A DNA stretch of 64,000 bases from an uncultured Chloroflexia bacterium (GCA_963814115.1 CAWFBS010000014.1:20556-84555), one strand, 5' to 3'. Positions 51,168 through 61,137 are shown, counted from the stretch's first letter. Notes: generated by a model from the letters alone, not told the origin. Made by a program: numbers and translations.

Positions 51168-51603
51168 CCCGCGGGCGGCCCGGCGCGGCCCCCACGACCA
51201 GGCGCCAACGGCCGCGGGGCGAGGTGGCGCGTGTGGAAAAGGCATCGAAATCGGTGGAAAACCGTGTCCCGGTGTGGACAAGGGGTCCCACCAGGGGCTC
51301 TCGGAAGCGGGCGAGTTGCGCTCTTTGGCGGGCTCCCACGACCGCGGGGCAAGCGTGACCGCTCATCATCCACGCGTCGTCCCGCACCCCGCCCACAACT
51401 CCGGGCGGCCGTCCGGCGTGACGGACGCGTCTATGCACCGGGAATTCCAGCGTCCGGGAGCGTGGCGCTCCACGCCATCAACACCATGATGACGACGGTG
51501 ATGACTCGATATGCGACCATGAACCAGACCACGAATCGATCGTGTTTGGGTCAACCGGACCGATCCTGCCCGCCCTTGTTCCGATCACCCGGAGTGATGT
51601 ACC
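51168..51603. other. oriC: candidate oriC (dnaA-dnaN intergenic) with DnaA boxes and an AT-richer stretch
   Basis: TGTGGACAA (51273-51281) is the exact reverse complement of the actinobacterial DnaA box TTGTCCACA. The related boxes TGTGGAAAA (51232-51240) and GGTGGAAAA (51253-51261) and further GTGGA-cores are nearby. A relatively AT-rich segment at 51480-51560 is a possible unwinding element. Confidence 0.55.
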
Positions 51604-52723
51604 CGTGAACCTCTCCGTCATCTGCGAGAACCTCGCCCGCGGCCTCTCCGTCGTCGGCCACGCGGTCTCCGGACGCAGCACCCTGCCCGTGCTCGCCAAC
51701 GTCCTACTGAGGACCGAGGACGCCGGCCTGAAGCTCACCGCCACAAACCTGGAGATCGGGATCACCTACTGGGTCCCGGGCCGGATCGAGACGGACGGTG
51801 CAATCACGGTCCCCGCCCGCCTCTTCGCGGAGATCATCAGTGGGCTCCCCTCACAGGAGCGCGTAGACCTCGAGGTCCGGAACGGGGATCGCCTCTTCAT
51901 CCGGGCCGGCCATTTCGAGACGACCCTCCGGGGCATCGACGCGGATGAGTTCCCGGCGATCCCTGCCGCAGGCGAGCGGCCCACGACCCGAATCAGCCAG
52001 CGCATCCTTCGCCGCGCGCTGTCCGAGGTCACCTTCGCGGCCGCCACGGACGAGGCGCGCCCGATCCTGACCGGCGTTCTCACCCGCTTCGAGGGAGACC
52101 GCCTGACACTCGCGGCAGCCGACAACTATCGGATCGCGATCACGACGATCCCGACCCTCGATGCCGTCGAGGACACGAGCGTCGTGGTCCCCGCCCGCTC
52201 GTACGCCGAGCTCGCGCGCGTCCTGGCCGACACGGACGACCCGGTGGAGCTGATCCTGTCACCCCAGAAGAACCAGATCCTGTTCCATGTCGAGGGTATC
52301 GACGTCGTGAGCCGGCTCATCGACGGCCAGTTCCCGAACTACCAGCAGGTGCTCCCCACGACGCACGCAACCCGTGTCGAGGTGGACCGCGACGACCTGC
52401 TCAAGGCCGTGCGCCTGGCTGGCTACATCGCGAGCTCGTCAGCCAACATCGTCAAGATGCAGGTCGCCCCGGACGGGAACGCCCAGGTCCTCGTGGCGGC
52501 GGCGGCCGAGGTCGGCGATCACCGCGGCCTCGTCGACGCGACGATCGAGGGCGACGGCACGACGATCGCCTTCAACGCCCGCTATCTGAGCGATGCCCTC
52601 CAGAACGTGGACGCGGACCGCTTTGTGATCGAGCTGAACGGGCCGCTCTCACCGGGGGTCTTCCGGCCCGCGGACGGCCGTGACTACACGCACGTGGTCA
52701 TGCCGGTTCGGACCACCTCGTAG
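51604..52723 (+). CDS. dnaN: DNA polymerase III beta sliding clamp
   Basis: VNLSVICENLARGLSVVGHAVSGRSTLPVLANVLL… and three-domain clamp architecture. GTG start at 51604. Confidence 0.9.
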
Positions 52724-52764
52724 ACGGCAATTCGGCGGCCGCCGGGCGGGCCGCGACGACCCCG

Positions 52765-53904
52765 GTGCTCACGTCCATCTCGATCCGGGACTTCCGCGGC
52801 TACGGGTCGCTGGAGGCCTCCTTCGGGGCGGGGGCCCACCTCGTCTGGGGCCCGAACGCCGCCGGGAAGACGAGCCTCCTGGAGGCCCTCGTGGTGTGCG
52901 CCCGCGGCTCCTCGCACCGCACCGTGACGGACCTTGAGCTCGTTCGCTGGGATGCCCCGTTCGCCCGCCTCGAGACCCGCCGCGTGCAGCCGGGTGCCGA
53001 CCCGCTCGGGCTCGAGGTCACGCTGGTGCGCGACGGCCCCGCGGGCGGGCGGAAGCGGATTCGGGTCAACGGGATCCCCCGTCGCACGACCAGTCTTGCC
53101 GGCCTCATGCGGGTGGTCATCTTCGCGCCGGAGGAGATGCTGCTCGTGGCCGGCCCGCCCGGGCTGCGACGTGCCGCGCTCGACGCGCTCGCCGGGCAGC
53201 GGATTCCCACCTACGCGGCCGATCTTGCGGCGTACGGACGCGTGCTGGCGCAGCGAAACGCGCTCCTGCGGGCCATCCGCGAGGAGCGCGCGACACCCGA
53301 TCAACTGCCCTCGTGGGATGCCCGCCTCGTGGAATCCGGCGCGGCGATCCTGGACGGGAGGCGGCGAATCCTCGAGGCGCTCGTCGCGCCACTCGCGGGA
53401 GCCCACGCGGAGATCGCACCGGAAGAGGGGTCCCTCGGCGTGACGTACGAAAGCAACGTGGTCCCGGTCGGGGCCGAAACATCCGCCGCCGCACTTGCCC
53501 GCCGGCTTGCCGAGACGGCCGCGAAGGAGGCCTGGAACGGGACGACGCTGGTTGGCCCGCACAGGGACGACCTTGCCTTCCGGCTGGACGGGCGCGACAT
53601 GGCCACGTTCGCATCGCGCGGACAGCAGCGCACCGCGATCCTCGCCTTCAAGCTCGCCGAGCTGGACCTCCTGACCGCCCAGGACGGGCGCCCGCCGCTT
53701 CTCCTGCTCGACGACGTCTTCAGCGAGCTGGACCCGGTGCGCCGGAGCCACCTGGTCCACCGCATCGCCGGCCTGCCGCAGGCGTTCGTCACGACCACGA
53801 CGCTCGACGACCTGGATCCCGCCCTGCGGGCCATCGGCGCGGCCTGGGAGGTGGTCCCGGACCCGGCGCTCGGTGCCCGGCTCGTCGGGCCCTCGGTGGG
53901 CTGA
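52765..53904 (+). CDS. recF: DNA replication/repair protein RecF
   Basis: Walker A GPNAAGKTSLLEAL, signature region, and Walker B LLLLDDVFSELD. dnaA-dnaN-recF order. Confidence 0.9.
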   Translation: MLTSISIRDFRGYGSLEASFGAGAHLVWGPNAAGKTSLLEALVVCARGSSHRTVTDLELVRWDAPFARLETRRVQPGADPLGLEVTLVRDGPAGGRKRIRVNGIPRRTTSLAGLMRVVIFAPEEMLLVAGPPGLRRAALDALAGQRIPTYAADLAAYGRVLAQRNALLRAIREERATPDQLPSWDARLVESGAAILDGRRRILEALVAPLAGAHAEIAPEEGSLGVTYESNVVPVGAETSAAALARRLAETAAKEAWNGTTLVGPHRDDLAFRLDGRDMATFASRGQQRTAILAFKLAELDLLTAQDGRPPLLLLDDVFSELDPVRRSHLVHRIAGLPQAFVTTTTLDDLDPALRAIGAAWEVVPDPALGARLVGPSVG

Positions 53905-53913
53905 GGGGCGCTC

Positions 53914-54273
53914 GTGTCGCCGGCCCGCCCCTACGACGACGAGCGTGTGCCTCGCCGTCGCTCACCTCGCCGCATCGGCGACCTCCTGCCCGAGGCGGCA
54001 CGGGCCCTGGGCCTGGAGGAGCAGCTCCGCTGGGCGCGGGCCGGCGCAGCCTGGGAGCGGCTGCTGCTCTCCCGCGCTCCTGCCGCGGTTGGTGGGTCGC
54101 GGCCCGTGCGCCTGGAGGGGGACGGAACGCTGGTCGTCGAGGCGAGCGCCCCGATCGTCGGCCAGGAGCTCCTGATGCGGGCCGAGGAGCTGCTCGCGGC
54201 GTTCGGTGATCTGCCCGACGGGATCCGGGCCGAATCGCTGCGGGTGGTGGTGGGCAGGGGTATCATCCGGTGA
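53914..54273 (+). CDS. DUF721 (DciA-like) protein
   Basis: 119-aa protein after recF (…LEEQLRWARAGAAWERLL…VRLEGDGTLVVEASAPIVGQELLMRAEELL…), the conserved recF-DUF721 arrangement of Actinobacteria. Confidence 0.7.
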   Translation: MSPARPYDDERVPRRRSPRRIGDLLPEAARALGLEEQLRWARAGAAWERLLLSRAPAAVGGSRPVRLEGDGTLVVEASAPIVGQELLMRAEELLAAFGDLPDGIRAESLRVVVGRGIIR

Positions 54274-54361
54274 CCTCGGCGGGCGGCCACCGCCCGCAGC
54301 GCGGTCGCCCGCCACCGGCGTCACGCCGGCCCGCACCCGAGCGTCAGGTCCGTCGAATCGC

Positions 54362-56653
54362 ATGGCCGTCCGACTCCAGATGAAGCTCGGCCTCGTGCCC
54401 GAGCATGAGCGACTCGAGGACTCCCCGGACACCGTTGCCATCGTCGAGCCGACGATCGGGGCGACGGCCCGCTCCAAGGGGAGCCTATTCCTCGTTGTGA
54501 CGGGCGGGGGCAAAGCCCGGCGCCTTCGCGATGCCACCCACCTCGTGGCGGACACGATCCAGGGCGAGTACTACTACGACGAGTCGGCCGGCCTCGTCGT
54601 GTGCCTGGAGAAGGCGATCCGCGCCGCGAACCGACGCCTCCTCGCCCAGCGGGACCGGCTCGGACTGGGCGACGGGCCGACCGGCCCGATCGGCGTCGGC
54701 ATCGCCGTGGTCCGTGGCAACGAGCTCTACGTCGTGACGACCGGCCCCGTCGAGGCGTACCTGGTTCGACAGGCACACCTGATGACGCTCCCGGACGCCG
54801 GCCGCGGCCGCGGCCTGCCGATGGAGGACCCCGCGCCGGTCGTGTGGCGCGGCGAGATCGCGGTTCGCGACTCACTCGTGCTCGTGTCGTCCAGCCTGAC
54901 CGCGAAGCTGGGCCCAGACGAGCTCAAGGATGCCGTGGTGACGCTCCACCCCCAGGCGGCCATGGAGCACCTCCACCACCGGTTCGTGGCAGCCGGCGGC
55001 GCGGGCAGCGATGCCGCCCTCGCCCTGGAGGCCGCTGAGGTGTCGGCGACAGCCCAGCGGGGCCGCCTGATTCCGGTGCGGCCGCCCGAGCCGCTCGCGG
55101 GCCAGCCCGACCACTCCCCGATCCCCCTGGTCGACTCGGTCGGTGACGGCATGGCGGCGGTCTCGTCCGGCGCAAGCCGCGCCCGAAGCGCCGCCGGGAA
55201 CGCGCTGACCGGGCTGGCCGGACGGCTCCAGGACCTGCTCCCGCGGCGCGGGACTCGCTATCGGCGGGTCACGCCCGCCGCGACCCGCCGCGAATCTCAG
55301 AAACGGGCGGCGGTCGCGGTCCTCGCGTTCGTGGGGGTCGCTGCCGTGCTCGGGGTCGGGCTGTGGGTCATCGGCGGCGCCGGCGGCACTGCGGAGATCC
55401 CGAAGATCAACGCCGGCGAGAACGCGCTCGCCGCTGCCCGGGAGGATGTCCGGCTCGTCTTCGACAACGGCACGGACCTGATCGCTGCAGACCCACAACG
55501 CGCCGAAGGGCTGCTGAAGGACGCGCTTACCAACGTGGCGGCCGCGTCGACCGCCGGAATCCCGGCCTCGGTCGCCGGCCCCCTGCGTTCGCAGGTGACG
55601 GCGGGGCTGGATCGCCTGTACGGGGTCGTGGAAGTGGCGCCCCAGACAGCCTTCTCGTTTGCCTCGCAGAGACCAGCCTTCGACCTCGGCGGGCTCGTCC
55701 GGGGTCCGGACGGGGCGCCCTACGTCCTGGATCGCACCACCAAGGCCGTCTACCGGATCAACCTGTCATCCCGGAAGGCCGTCGCGATCATGAAGGCCGG
55801 CCAGGCGGTGGCGAGCGCCGGCATCAAGGTGGGCGTCCCGCGCTTCCTCGCCGTGGGCGGCCCGGACCTCCTGATGCTCGACGACAAGAACATCCTCTGG
55901 CGCTGGCGGCCCACGGATACCACCGGGAAGGGCGTCCTGCGGAGGCTGCCGGTCCAGGAATCCGCCTCGTGGGGCACCGACATCCTCGGGATCGGCACCT
56001 TCGTCGCCAACTTCGACGCCGCGCTCTACAACCTGTACGTCCTGGAGCCGTCGCAGCAGCAGATCCTGCGCTACACCATGCTCGCGGATGGCTCCAGCTT
56101 CCCGGCAGCGGCAACCGGCTACCTGGCGACGCCGCTGGACATCAGCAAGGTGACGTCCATGTACATCGACGGCGAGGTCTATCTGGCCGACGCCGGCGTG
56201 GTCGAGCGCTTCGTGGGCGGCAGCTCCGGCGGCTGGTCGCTCGCCTCGCCGGGCGACGACGTGCTCCGCCCGACCCGCGACTACACGCTGATCGACTCGC
56301 CGGACCCACGCCGCCAGGGGACGCTGTACGTCTTCGACGCGGCGAACGCGCGGGTGCTGGCATTCGACAAGCTGACCGGCGCGTACCTGGCGCAGTACCG
56401 CCCCGCCGGCGGGAGCCAGGCGTGGTCCCAGCTTCGGGACTTCTACATTCAGCCGCGCTCGCCCGGCCAGGCCCCGGCGATCTATTGGATCGACGGAACC
56501 ACGCTCGGCACCGCGATCCTCCAGCCCGTGCCCGCAGCCGCTCCGAGCGGCTCTCCCGCCCAAAGCCCCGGGGCGGGCGCCTCGGCGACCCCGGCGCCAT
56601 CGCGGACGCCCGGCGCGACACACAAGCCGTCCCCGACGCCCCGCAAGACCTAG
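54362..56653 (+). CDS. membrane protein: cytoplasmic PP2C/PPM-fold-like domain (apparently catalytically degenerate), single TM, extracellular beta-propeller-like repeats
   Basis: ATG 54362 (the track start 54206 overlaps DUF721 and is rejected). N-terminal ~300 aa align in pattern to PPM phosphatases (LVVTGGGKA ~ DGMGG; GIAVVRGNELYVVTTG; SLVLVSSSLTAKL ~ SDGL) but the metal-binding Asp are replaced. TM helix AAVAVLAFVGVAAVLGVGLWVIGG. About 450-aa ectodomain with YVLD/LYVL/LYVFD/IYWIDG blade-like repeats and an Ala/Pro/Ser-rich tail. Confidence 0.45.
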   Translation: MAVRLQMKLGLVPEHERLEDSPDTVAIVEPTIGATARSKGSLFLVVTGGGKARRLRDATHLVADTIQGEYYYDESAGLVVCLEKAIRAANRRLLAQRDRLGLGDGPTGPIGVGIAVVRGNELYVVTTGPVEAYLVRQAHLMTLPDAGRGRGLPMEDPAPVVWRGEIAVRDSLVLVSSSLTAKLGPDELKDAVVTLHPQAAMEHLHHRFVAAGGAGSDAALALEAAEVSATAQRGRLIPVRPPEPLAGQPDHSPIPLVDSVGDGMAAVSSGASRARSAAGNALTGLAGRLQDLLPRRGTRYRRVTPAATRRESQKRAAVAVLAFVGVAAVLGVGLWVIGGAGGTAEIPKINAGENALAAAREDVRLVFDNGTDLIAADPQRAEGLLKDALTNVAAASTAGIPASVAGPLRSQVTAGLDRLYGVVEVAPQTAFSFASQRPAFDLGGLVRGPDGAPYVLDRTTKAVYRINLSSRKAVAIMKAGQAVASAGIKVGVPRFLAVGGPDLLMLDDKNILWRWRPTDTTGKGVLRRLPVQESASWGTDILGIGTFVANFDAALYNLYVLEPSQQQILRYTMLADGSSFPAAATGYLATPLDISKVTSMYIDGEVYLADAGVVERFVGGSSGGWSLASPGDDVLRPTRDYTLIDSPDPRRQGTLYVFDAANARVLAFDKLTGAYLAQYRPAGGSQAWSQLRDFYIQPRSPGQAPAIYWIDGTTLGTAILQPVPAAAPSGSPAQSPGAGASATPAPSRTPGATHKPSPTPRKT

Positions 56654-56727
56654 ACCCCTTCGCCGCTGTTCAGGGACGGCCCGAACGCTCCACGGGACGC
56701 GGCGCCCGGAGGTGGGATAATCCTGCC

Positions 56728-57270
56728 ATGGTCGGGCGGCTGATCGAGATGTCCGTCGAGAGCGTGCGGGTCCACATGCTCTCGACCCAGCACGTCGTGA
56801 TCCTCCGCGAGATGGAGCGTGACCGGTACCTCCCCATCTGGATCGGCCCGTGGGAGGCGAGCGCGATCGCCATGAAGCTCCAGGACCAGGTCCCCGAGCG
56901 ACCGCTGACCCACGACCTGCTCTCGACCGTCCTCGACGTGCTCGGGGCGACCGTTCGCGAAGTGATCATCGCGGACCTTGCCGACGACACGTTTCACGCC
57001 CGGATCATGCTGGAGGCGGCGGGACGGCCGATCGAGGTCGACTCCCGCCCATCAGACGCGCTGGCCCTTGCCGTTCGGACCGGTGCCCGGATCTTCGCCG
57101 CGGAGGCCGTCCTGGACCGGGCGGGCGTGGAGCCCGACAAGGGCCCCACCGGCGAGCAGGGCGGGGAGCCGATTGACGAGTCCAAGCTGTCGGTGTTCCG
57201 CGACTTCGTGAACTCGCTCGACGTGGAGCCCGGCGCCGACGAGCGACGCGAGCGACCGCCCCGCGAGTGA
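56728..57270 (+). CDS. bifunctional nuclease (BFN/DUF151) family protein
   Basis: MVGRLIEMSVESVRVHMLSTQHVVILREMERDRYLPIWIGPWEASAIAMKL… is the typical BFN domain. The overlapping 635-aa track ORF from 55363 is artefact. Confidence 0.7.
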   Translation: MVGRLIEMSVESVRVHMLSTQHVVILREMERDRYLPIWIGPWEASAIAMKLQDQVPERPLTHDLLSTVLDVLGATVREVIIADLADDTFHARIMLEAAGRPIEVDSRPSDALALAVRTGARIFAAEAVLDRAGVEPDKGPTGEQGGEPIDESKLSVFRDFVNSLDVEPGADERRERPPRE

Positions 57271-57302
57271 GTGCCGGCCCGCCGCGCCGCGGCCGGCCCG
57301 CC

Positions 57303-58121
57303 TCAGCCGACGATCGTCGACCCTCTCGCCAGCGCTCGCCGCCTGCCCGCCCACATCAGGAGGCGCAGGCTCCAGAAGTCCACGACCGAGCGCCAGATCA
57401 CCGACAGCCTTGCCCCGGTCTGCGAGCCCGCCGTCCGCGGGTAGTGGTCGACGCCGACCTCCACCACGTTCCGGCCGGCGGCGCGGACCTTGATGAGAAG
57501 CTCCGCGGAGAAGAACGCCCCGCCGGATGCGACGTGGACCCCGGCCAGTGCCCCGCGCCGGAACAGCTTGCAGGCACAGTCCACGTCCCGGATCCGGAGC
57601 CCGAAGAAAACCCGGTTCGCCAGCCAGTAGAGGCGCGCGTAGAGCGTCCGGAGCGCCGGGTCCGCCCGCCGGATCCGGAACCCCACCACGGCGTCCGGGG
57701 CATCCGGTCCTGCCAGACGGGCGGTGAGCCGGCCCAGATCCGCCACCCGGAACTGCCGATCGCCATCGGTGAATGCCACGAGGCCGAACCGCGCAGCACG
57801 GAAGCCGGAGCGCAGGGCAGCGCCGTAGCCGAGATTCGTCGCGTGGTGCACCGCACGGACGAGACCCGGATTCGCGGCGGCCAGCCGGTCCGCGATCTGG
57901 CCGGTGCGATCGGTTGAGCCGTCGTCGACGGCGATGATCTCGAACCGGTCGGCGAGGGCGGGCAGCGCAGCCAGCGCCTCCTCCACGAGGCCCTCCAGGT
58001 TGGCCTCCTCGTTGTGGGCCGGGAAGAAGTACGAGAGCTCGGCGACGCGGGCCGCCGTGGCGGGGGCGGGCGTCGGTGCCGTCGCGGGAGCAGCGGGCGG
58101 GTCGGCTTCGGCCAGCGTCAT
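57303..58121 (-). CDS. GT2 polyprenol-phosphate sugar synthase (Dpm1/Ppm1/GtrB-like)
   Basis: GT-A motifs: …LSYFFPAHNEEANL…, the DXD motif IIAVDDGSTDRT, and …VAFTDGDRQF… ATG start at 58119-58121 overlaps the upstream gene's stop. Confidence 0.75.
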   Translation of the reverse strand: MTLAEADPPAAPATAPTPAPATAARVAELSYFFPAHNEEANLEGLVEEALAALPALADRFEIIAVDDGSTDRTGQIADRLAAANPGLVRAVHHATNLGYGAALRSGFRAARFGLVAFTDGDRQFRVADLGRLTARLAGPDAPDAVVGFRIRRADPALRTLYARLYWLANRVFFGLRIRDVDCACKLFRRGALAGVHVASGGAFFSAELLIKVRAAGRNVVEVGVDHYPRTAGSQTGARLSVIWRSVVDFWSLRLLMWAGRRRALARGSTIVG

Positions 58122-59704
58122 GGCCCTATCGTAGCCCGCGCGACGCCGGCTGCCCGCGGCCCCACCACGCGGAGGAGCGACTGCGTTCCGCTCGGATCGG
58201 CCACCTGGTCGAGCAACCACGCCCCCTCGAGCCCCGGCACGTCCTCGTCGCGCCGCACGAGGTAGACCGGCCGCCGGCCCAGGTTCTCGCGGATCACGTC
58301 GTCAACGCTGCCGAGGTTCGCGTCCAGGCGGGTCCGGTCGTCGATCACGCTGACGTCGGGACGCTCGCCCAGGATCAGCTGGCGATACCACAGGGGCGTG
58401 GAATAGTCCCACCAGGTCACGAGGACGGCGTTCGGCGCAACAACCTGCAGCACCCAGCGGCTCCAGCCGGTGGCGCTCGTGTCGGTCGACTGATCCACCA
58501 CCAGCCGCGTCGTGGGGGCCGCAAGGACCGCCGGCGCGACGAGGGCGCCGCAGACGACCGCCGCGGCGAGAAGGCGCCGCGCCTCTCCGGCCCGCCGCCC
58601 GGCGTTCGGCTGGACGAGCAGCCACGCCTCCAGGGCCTCGACCAGTCCATCCGCGGCGATCGCGAGCCAGCTCACGACGATGAGGATCGGCCCCAGGTAG
58701 TAGCGCTCGATGTCTGCATTCGTGTACGAGACCGCGAACCAGCCCGTCATCACGAGCCACGTGGTTGTCAGGAGGGCGTACCGCGGCCGGCGGATCGCGG
58801 TGACCAGGAGGCTCGCGGGGATCAGCGCCACCAGCGGCCCGAACTGCGACGTCGCCAGGGCGACCAGCGCGGCGGCCTTGCCCGCCAGGTCGGTCAGGAC
58901 CCCGCCGAGCGCGCCGCCGAACTGCAGCCCCAGGACCACGTACCAGAAGCCGCCCCACGTGTCCGGATGGCCGTACACGAGTGGAGCCCCCATCGCTGCC
59001 CGGACCGGCAGCTCCAGGTAGAGGAGCGCGGCGATCCCGAAGATGGCCAGGGCGCAGCGCCCTACGAGGGCCGGACGCCGCCAGGTGCCGGGCTCGACGG
59101 CGAGGATGAAGAGGGCGATCCCGGGTGCGAGCAGGATGGTGAGCGCCTGGTTGCCCAGCGCGACCCCATAGAGCGCCGCGGCGCCGACAAGCCAGCGATC
59201 CGCGCCCGCGCTGCCGGTCCGGGCCCGTTCCTCCCAGCCGACCAGCACCAGCAGCAGCCCGGCGACGAAGGCGAGATGGAGCATGTGCGGGTCGGCGAAC
59301 GAGCCGACTCGCCATGGGATCTGGGTCAGCGTCAGCAGGAGGCCGGCGGCGGCGCCCACCAGCGTTCGACCGGTCAGGCGGCGGACAAGCAGCACGGTCA
59401 ACCCGACCGCCACGCCGAACGTGATCGCGTTGAGCAGGTTCATGCGGAACGCGGGCTCGCCGAGCGGTGCCAGCACGGAGCTCGCGAGCCAGCCCAGCAG
59501 CACGTAGCTTGGGTACCCGGTCGGATGGGCCGTGCCGAGCACGGGCGCGACAACTTGGAACTCACCGGTGTCCCAGAGCCCCTGGCCCGGCAGCAGCGTG
59601 GATCGCGCCAGCGCGAACGCCACGATGCCCACGAGCGCGGGCGCGGCACCCTGCGCGAGCGCGCCCCAGCGCCCCTCGAGCCCCGGCGGGCGGCCGCCCC
59701 TCAC
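58118..59704 (-). CDS. DUF2723 (TMEM260-like) GT-C family membrane glycosyltransferase
   Basis: GTG start at 59704 overlaps the upstream GT39 stop (GTGA). …LWDTGEFQVVAPVLGTAHPTGYPSYVLLGWLASSVLAPLGEPAFRMNLLNAITF… matches DUF2723. About 11 TM helices followed by a C-terminal soluble domain. The track start at 60082 is rejected. Confidence 0.7.
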   Translation of the reverse strand: MRGGRPPGLEGRWGALAQGAAPALVGIVAFALARSTLLPGQGLWDTGEFQVVAPVLGTAHPTGYPSYVLLGWLASSVLAPLGEPAFRMNLLNAITFGVAVGLTVLLVRRLTGRTLVGAAAGLLLTLTQIPWRVGSFADPHMLHLAFVAGLLLVLVGWEERARTGSAGADRWLVGAAALYGVALGNQALTILLAPGIALFILAVEPGTWRRPALVGRCALAIFGIAALLYLELPVRAAMGAPLVYGHPDTWGGFWYVVLGLQFGGALGGVLTDLAGKAAALVALATSQFGPLVALIPASLLVTAIRRPRYALLTTTWLVMTGWFAVSYTNADIERYYLGPILIVVSWLAIAADGLVEALEAWLLVQPNAGRRAGEARRLLAAAVVCGALVAPAVLAAPTTRLVVDQSTDTSATGWSRWVLQVVAPNAVLVTWWDYSTPLWYRQLILGERPDVSVIDDRTRLDANLGSVDDVIRENLGRRPVYLVRRDEDVPGLEGAWLLDQVADPSGTQSLLRVVGPRAAGVARATIGP

Positions 59705-61107
59705 CAGCCGAGCACTCGCGCCCACACGAGCCCCCAGGTCTCCACCGCGATCGAGACCGCGATCAGCCCTCCGACCAGCAGGCCGCCGCGCGCCGCGCGC
59801 AGCCCATGGCGGGCCACGAGCCGCTCCGCGCCGAGGGCGAGCGGGACGAGCAGGAACGGCGCGAAGTCCAGGCTGAAGCGGTAGCCGAACTGGACCCAGC
59901 CCTGCGAGAAGTGCATCAGGTTGACGATCGCGATGACGAGCGCGGCAAGGAATCCGCCGATCACGCGCCGGTCCCGCAGGAGCGGCAGCGCGGCGGCGGC
60001 GAGGAGCCACGCCGGGCTCGTGAGAAGCAGGCTCATCCCCACGGGATTGGGGACCAGCCATGAGCACCCGGCCGAGCTCCACAGCTCACGCGGCACGCCC
60101 GCGTCGCAGGCGGGCATGATGTCCGGCAGGCCACCCAGCATGATCCCCAGGTTCTGGGGGATGTAGCGGATGTCCTGGAGCGACCACGCCGCATGGTAGT
60201 TGAGCTCCGGGTAGGCCCACACCTCGTACTGGTAGAGCGACTCGTAGACGGGGTTGAAGAGCGTTCCGCTGACCACGAGGTTGTAGACGAGGAGGGCGCC
60301 CACCGGGATGGCCACGCCCAGCGCGGCGCTCATCGTGCGCCGGGTCCACGAGCCGCCCCCGCCGACGAAGAGCAGGAAGACGGCCCCGAAGACCACGGTC
60401 AGCCGGCTCGTCACGGCGAGGCCGAGGAGGATCCCGGCGGCGACCTGGCGCCGGTCGAGGAGCGTGCCCGGCTCTCCCGGATCGAGCGCGGCCGATCGGT
60501 CGTCGGCATCGAGCGCGATCGCGACGGCGGCGAGCGTGAGCCCCACCGCGACCACGTGCGCGAGGAACCAGGTGGTCCCGAGCGACGACGCGTACCAGAG
60601 CGCGGTTCCGCCCCCCAGGAAGATGGTCAGGGCGGCCCGCAGCCCCGCCCGGACCGGGAGCCGACCGAGGAGCCAGAAGGCGATCCCCACATCGAGGGCG
60701 CCGAGCACGACCGCGAGCAGTGTCTCGTCCGTCGCCATCCCCCAGATCGCGACGAAGGGAAGGAGGATCACCGCGGGCAGGGGCGGGAACGGGATCATGC
60801 CCCGGCCCGTCTCGTTCCCGGCGGCGTCCAGCACGGGAACCACGTCGTTGAAGAAATCGTTCCCGGGCGAGGTGGCCGTGGCCGGAACCGGGTACTGGAT
60901 GGAGACCTGGCCGTGGAGGTAGGCGTCCGCCTGCCAGACGAAGTGGTTGTAGACCGTCGGCCAGTACGGGCGGGTGAGGAAATACAGCACGAGGAAGGCG
61001 ACCACCAGGCCGACCCCCAGGCCGAGGGCGGAGCGGGACGGAACGGGGGCTTCTGTGCCGCGCGGAGGGGCAGGGGCCGTCGAAGCCTCGGCTATACTCC
61101 GGTTCAC
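59701..61107 (-). CDS. GT-C membrane glycosyltransferase, GT39/ArnT (PMT_2)-like
   Basis: 468 aa, at least 10 TM helices. Profile typical of polyprenol-phosphate-sugar-dependent GT-C enzymes (…FLTRPYWPTVYNHFVWQADAYL…GMIPFPPLPAVILLPF…). Confidence 0.6.
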   Translation of the reverse strand: MNRSIAEASTAPAPPRGTEAPVPSRSALGLGVGLVVAFLVLYFLTRPYWPTVYNHFVWQADAYLHGQVSIQYPVPATATSPGNDFFNDVVPVLDAAGNETGRGMIPFPPLPAVILLPFVAIWGMATDETLLAVVLGALDVGIAFWLLGRLPVRAGLRAALTIFLGGGTALWYASSLGTTWFLAHVVAVGLTLAAVAIALDADDRSAALDPGEPGTLLDRRQVAAGILLGLAVTSRLTVVFGAVFLLFVGGGGSWTRRTMSAALGVAIPVGALLVYNLVVSGTLFNPVYESLYQYEVWAYPELNYHAAWSLQDIRYIPQNLGIMLGGLPDIMPACDAGVPRELWSSAGCSWLVPNPVGMSLLLTSPAWLLAAAALPLLRDRRVIGGFLAALVIAIVNLMHFSQGWVQFGYRFSLDFAPFLLVPLALGAERLVARHGLRAARGGLLVGGLIAVSIAVETWGLVWARVLGW

Positions 61108-61137
61108 CTCAGCGCTCGATCACGGAGGCCGTTCCCC

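Noticed and set aside
54206-54361. Upstream extension of the PP2C-like membrane protein
   Set aside because: It overlaps the DUF721 gene. ATG 54362 is the first start after the DUF721 stop.
55363-57270. 635-aa plus-strand ORF
   Set aside because: It overlaps the PP2C-like gene out of frame. Only its 3' 543 nt (56728-57270) encode a recognisable BFN-family protein.
58118-60082. 654-aa version of the DUF2723 gene
   Set aside because: The first 126 codons overlap the GT39 gene and are Arg/Pro-rich. GTG 59704 overlaps the GT39 stop (GTGA) and starts the conserved DUF2723 region.
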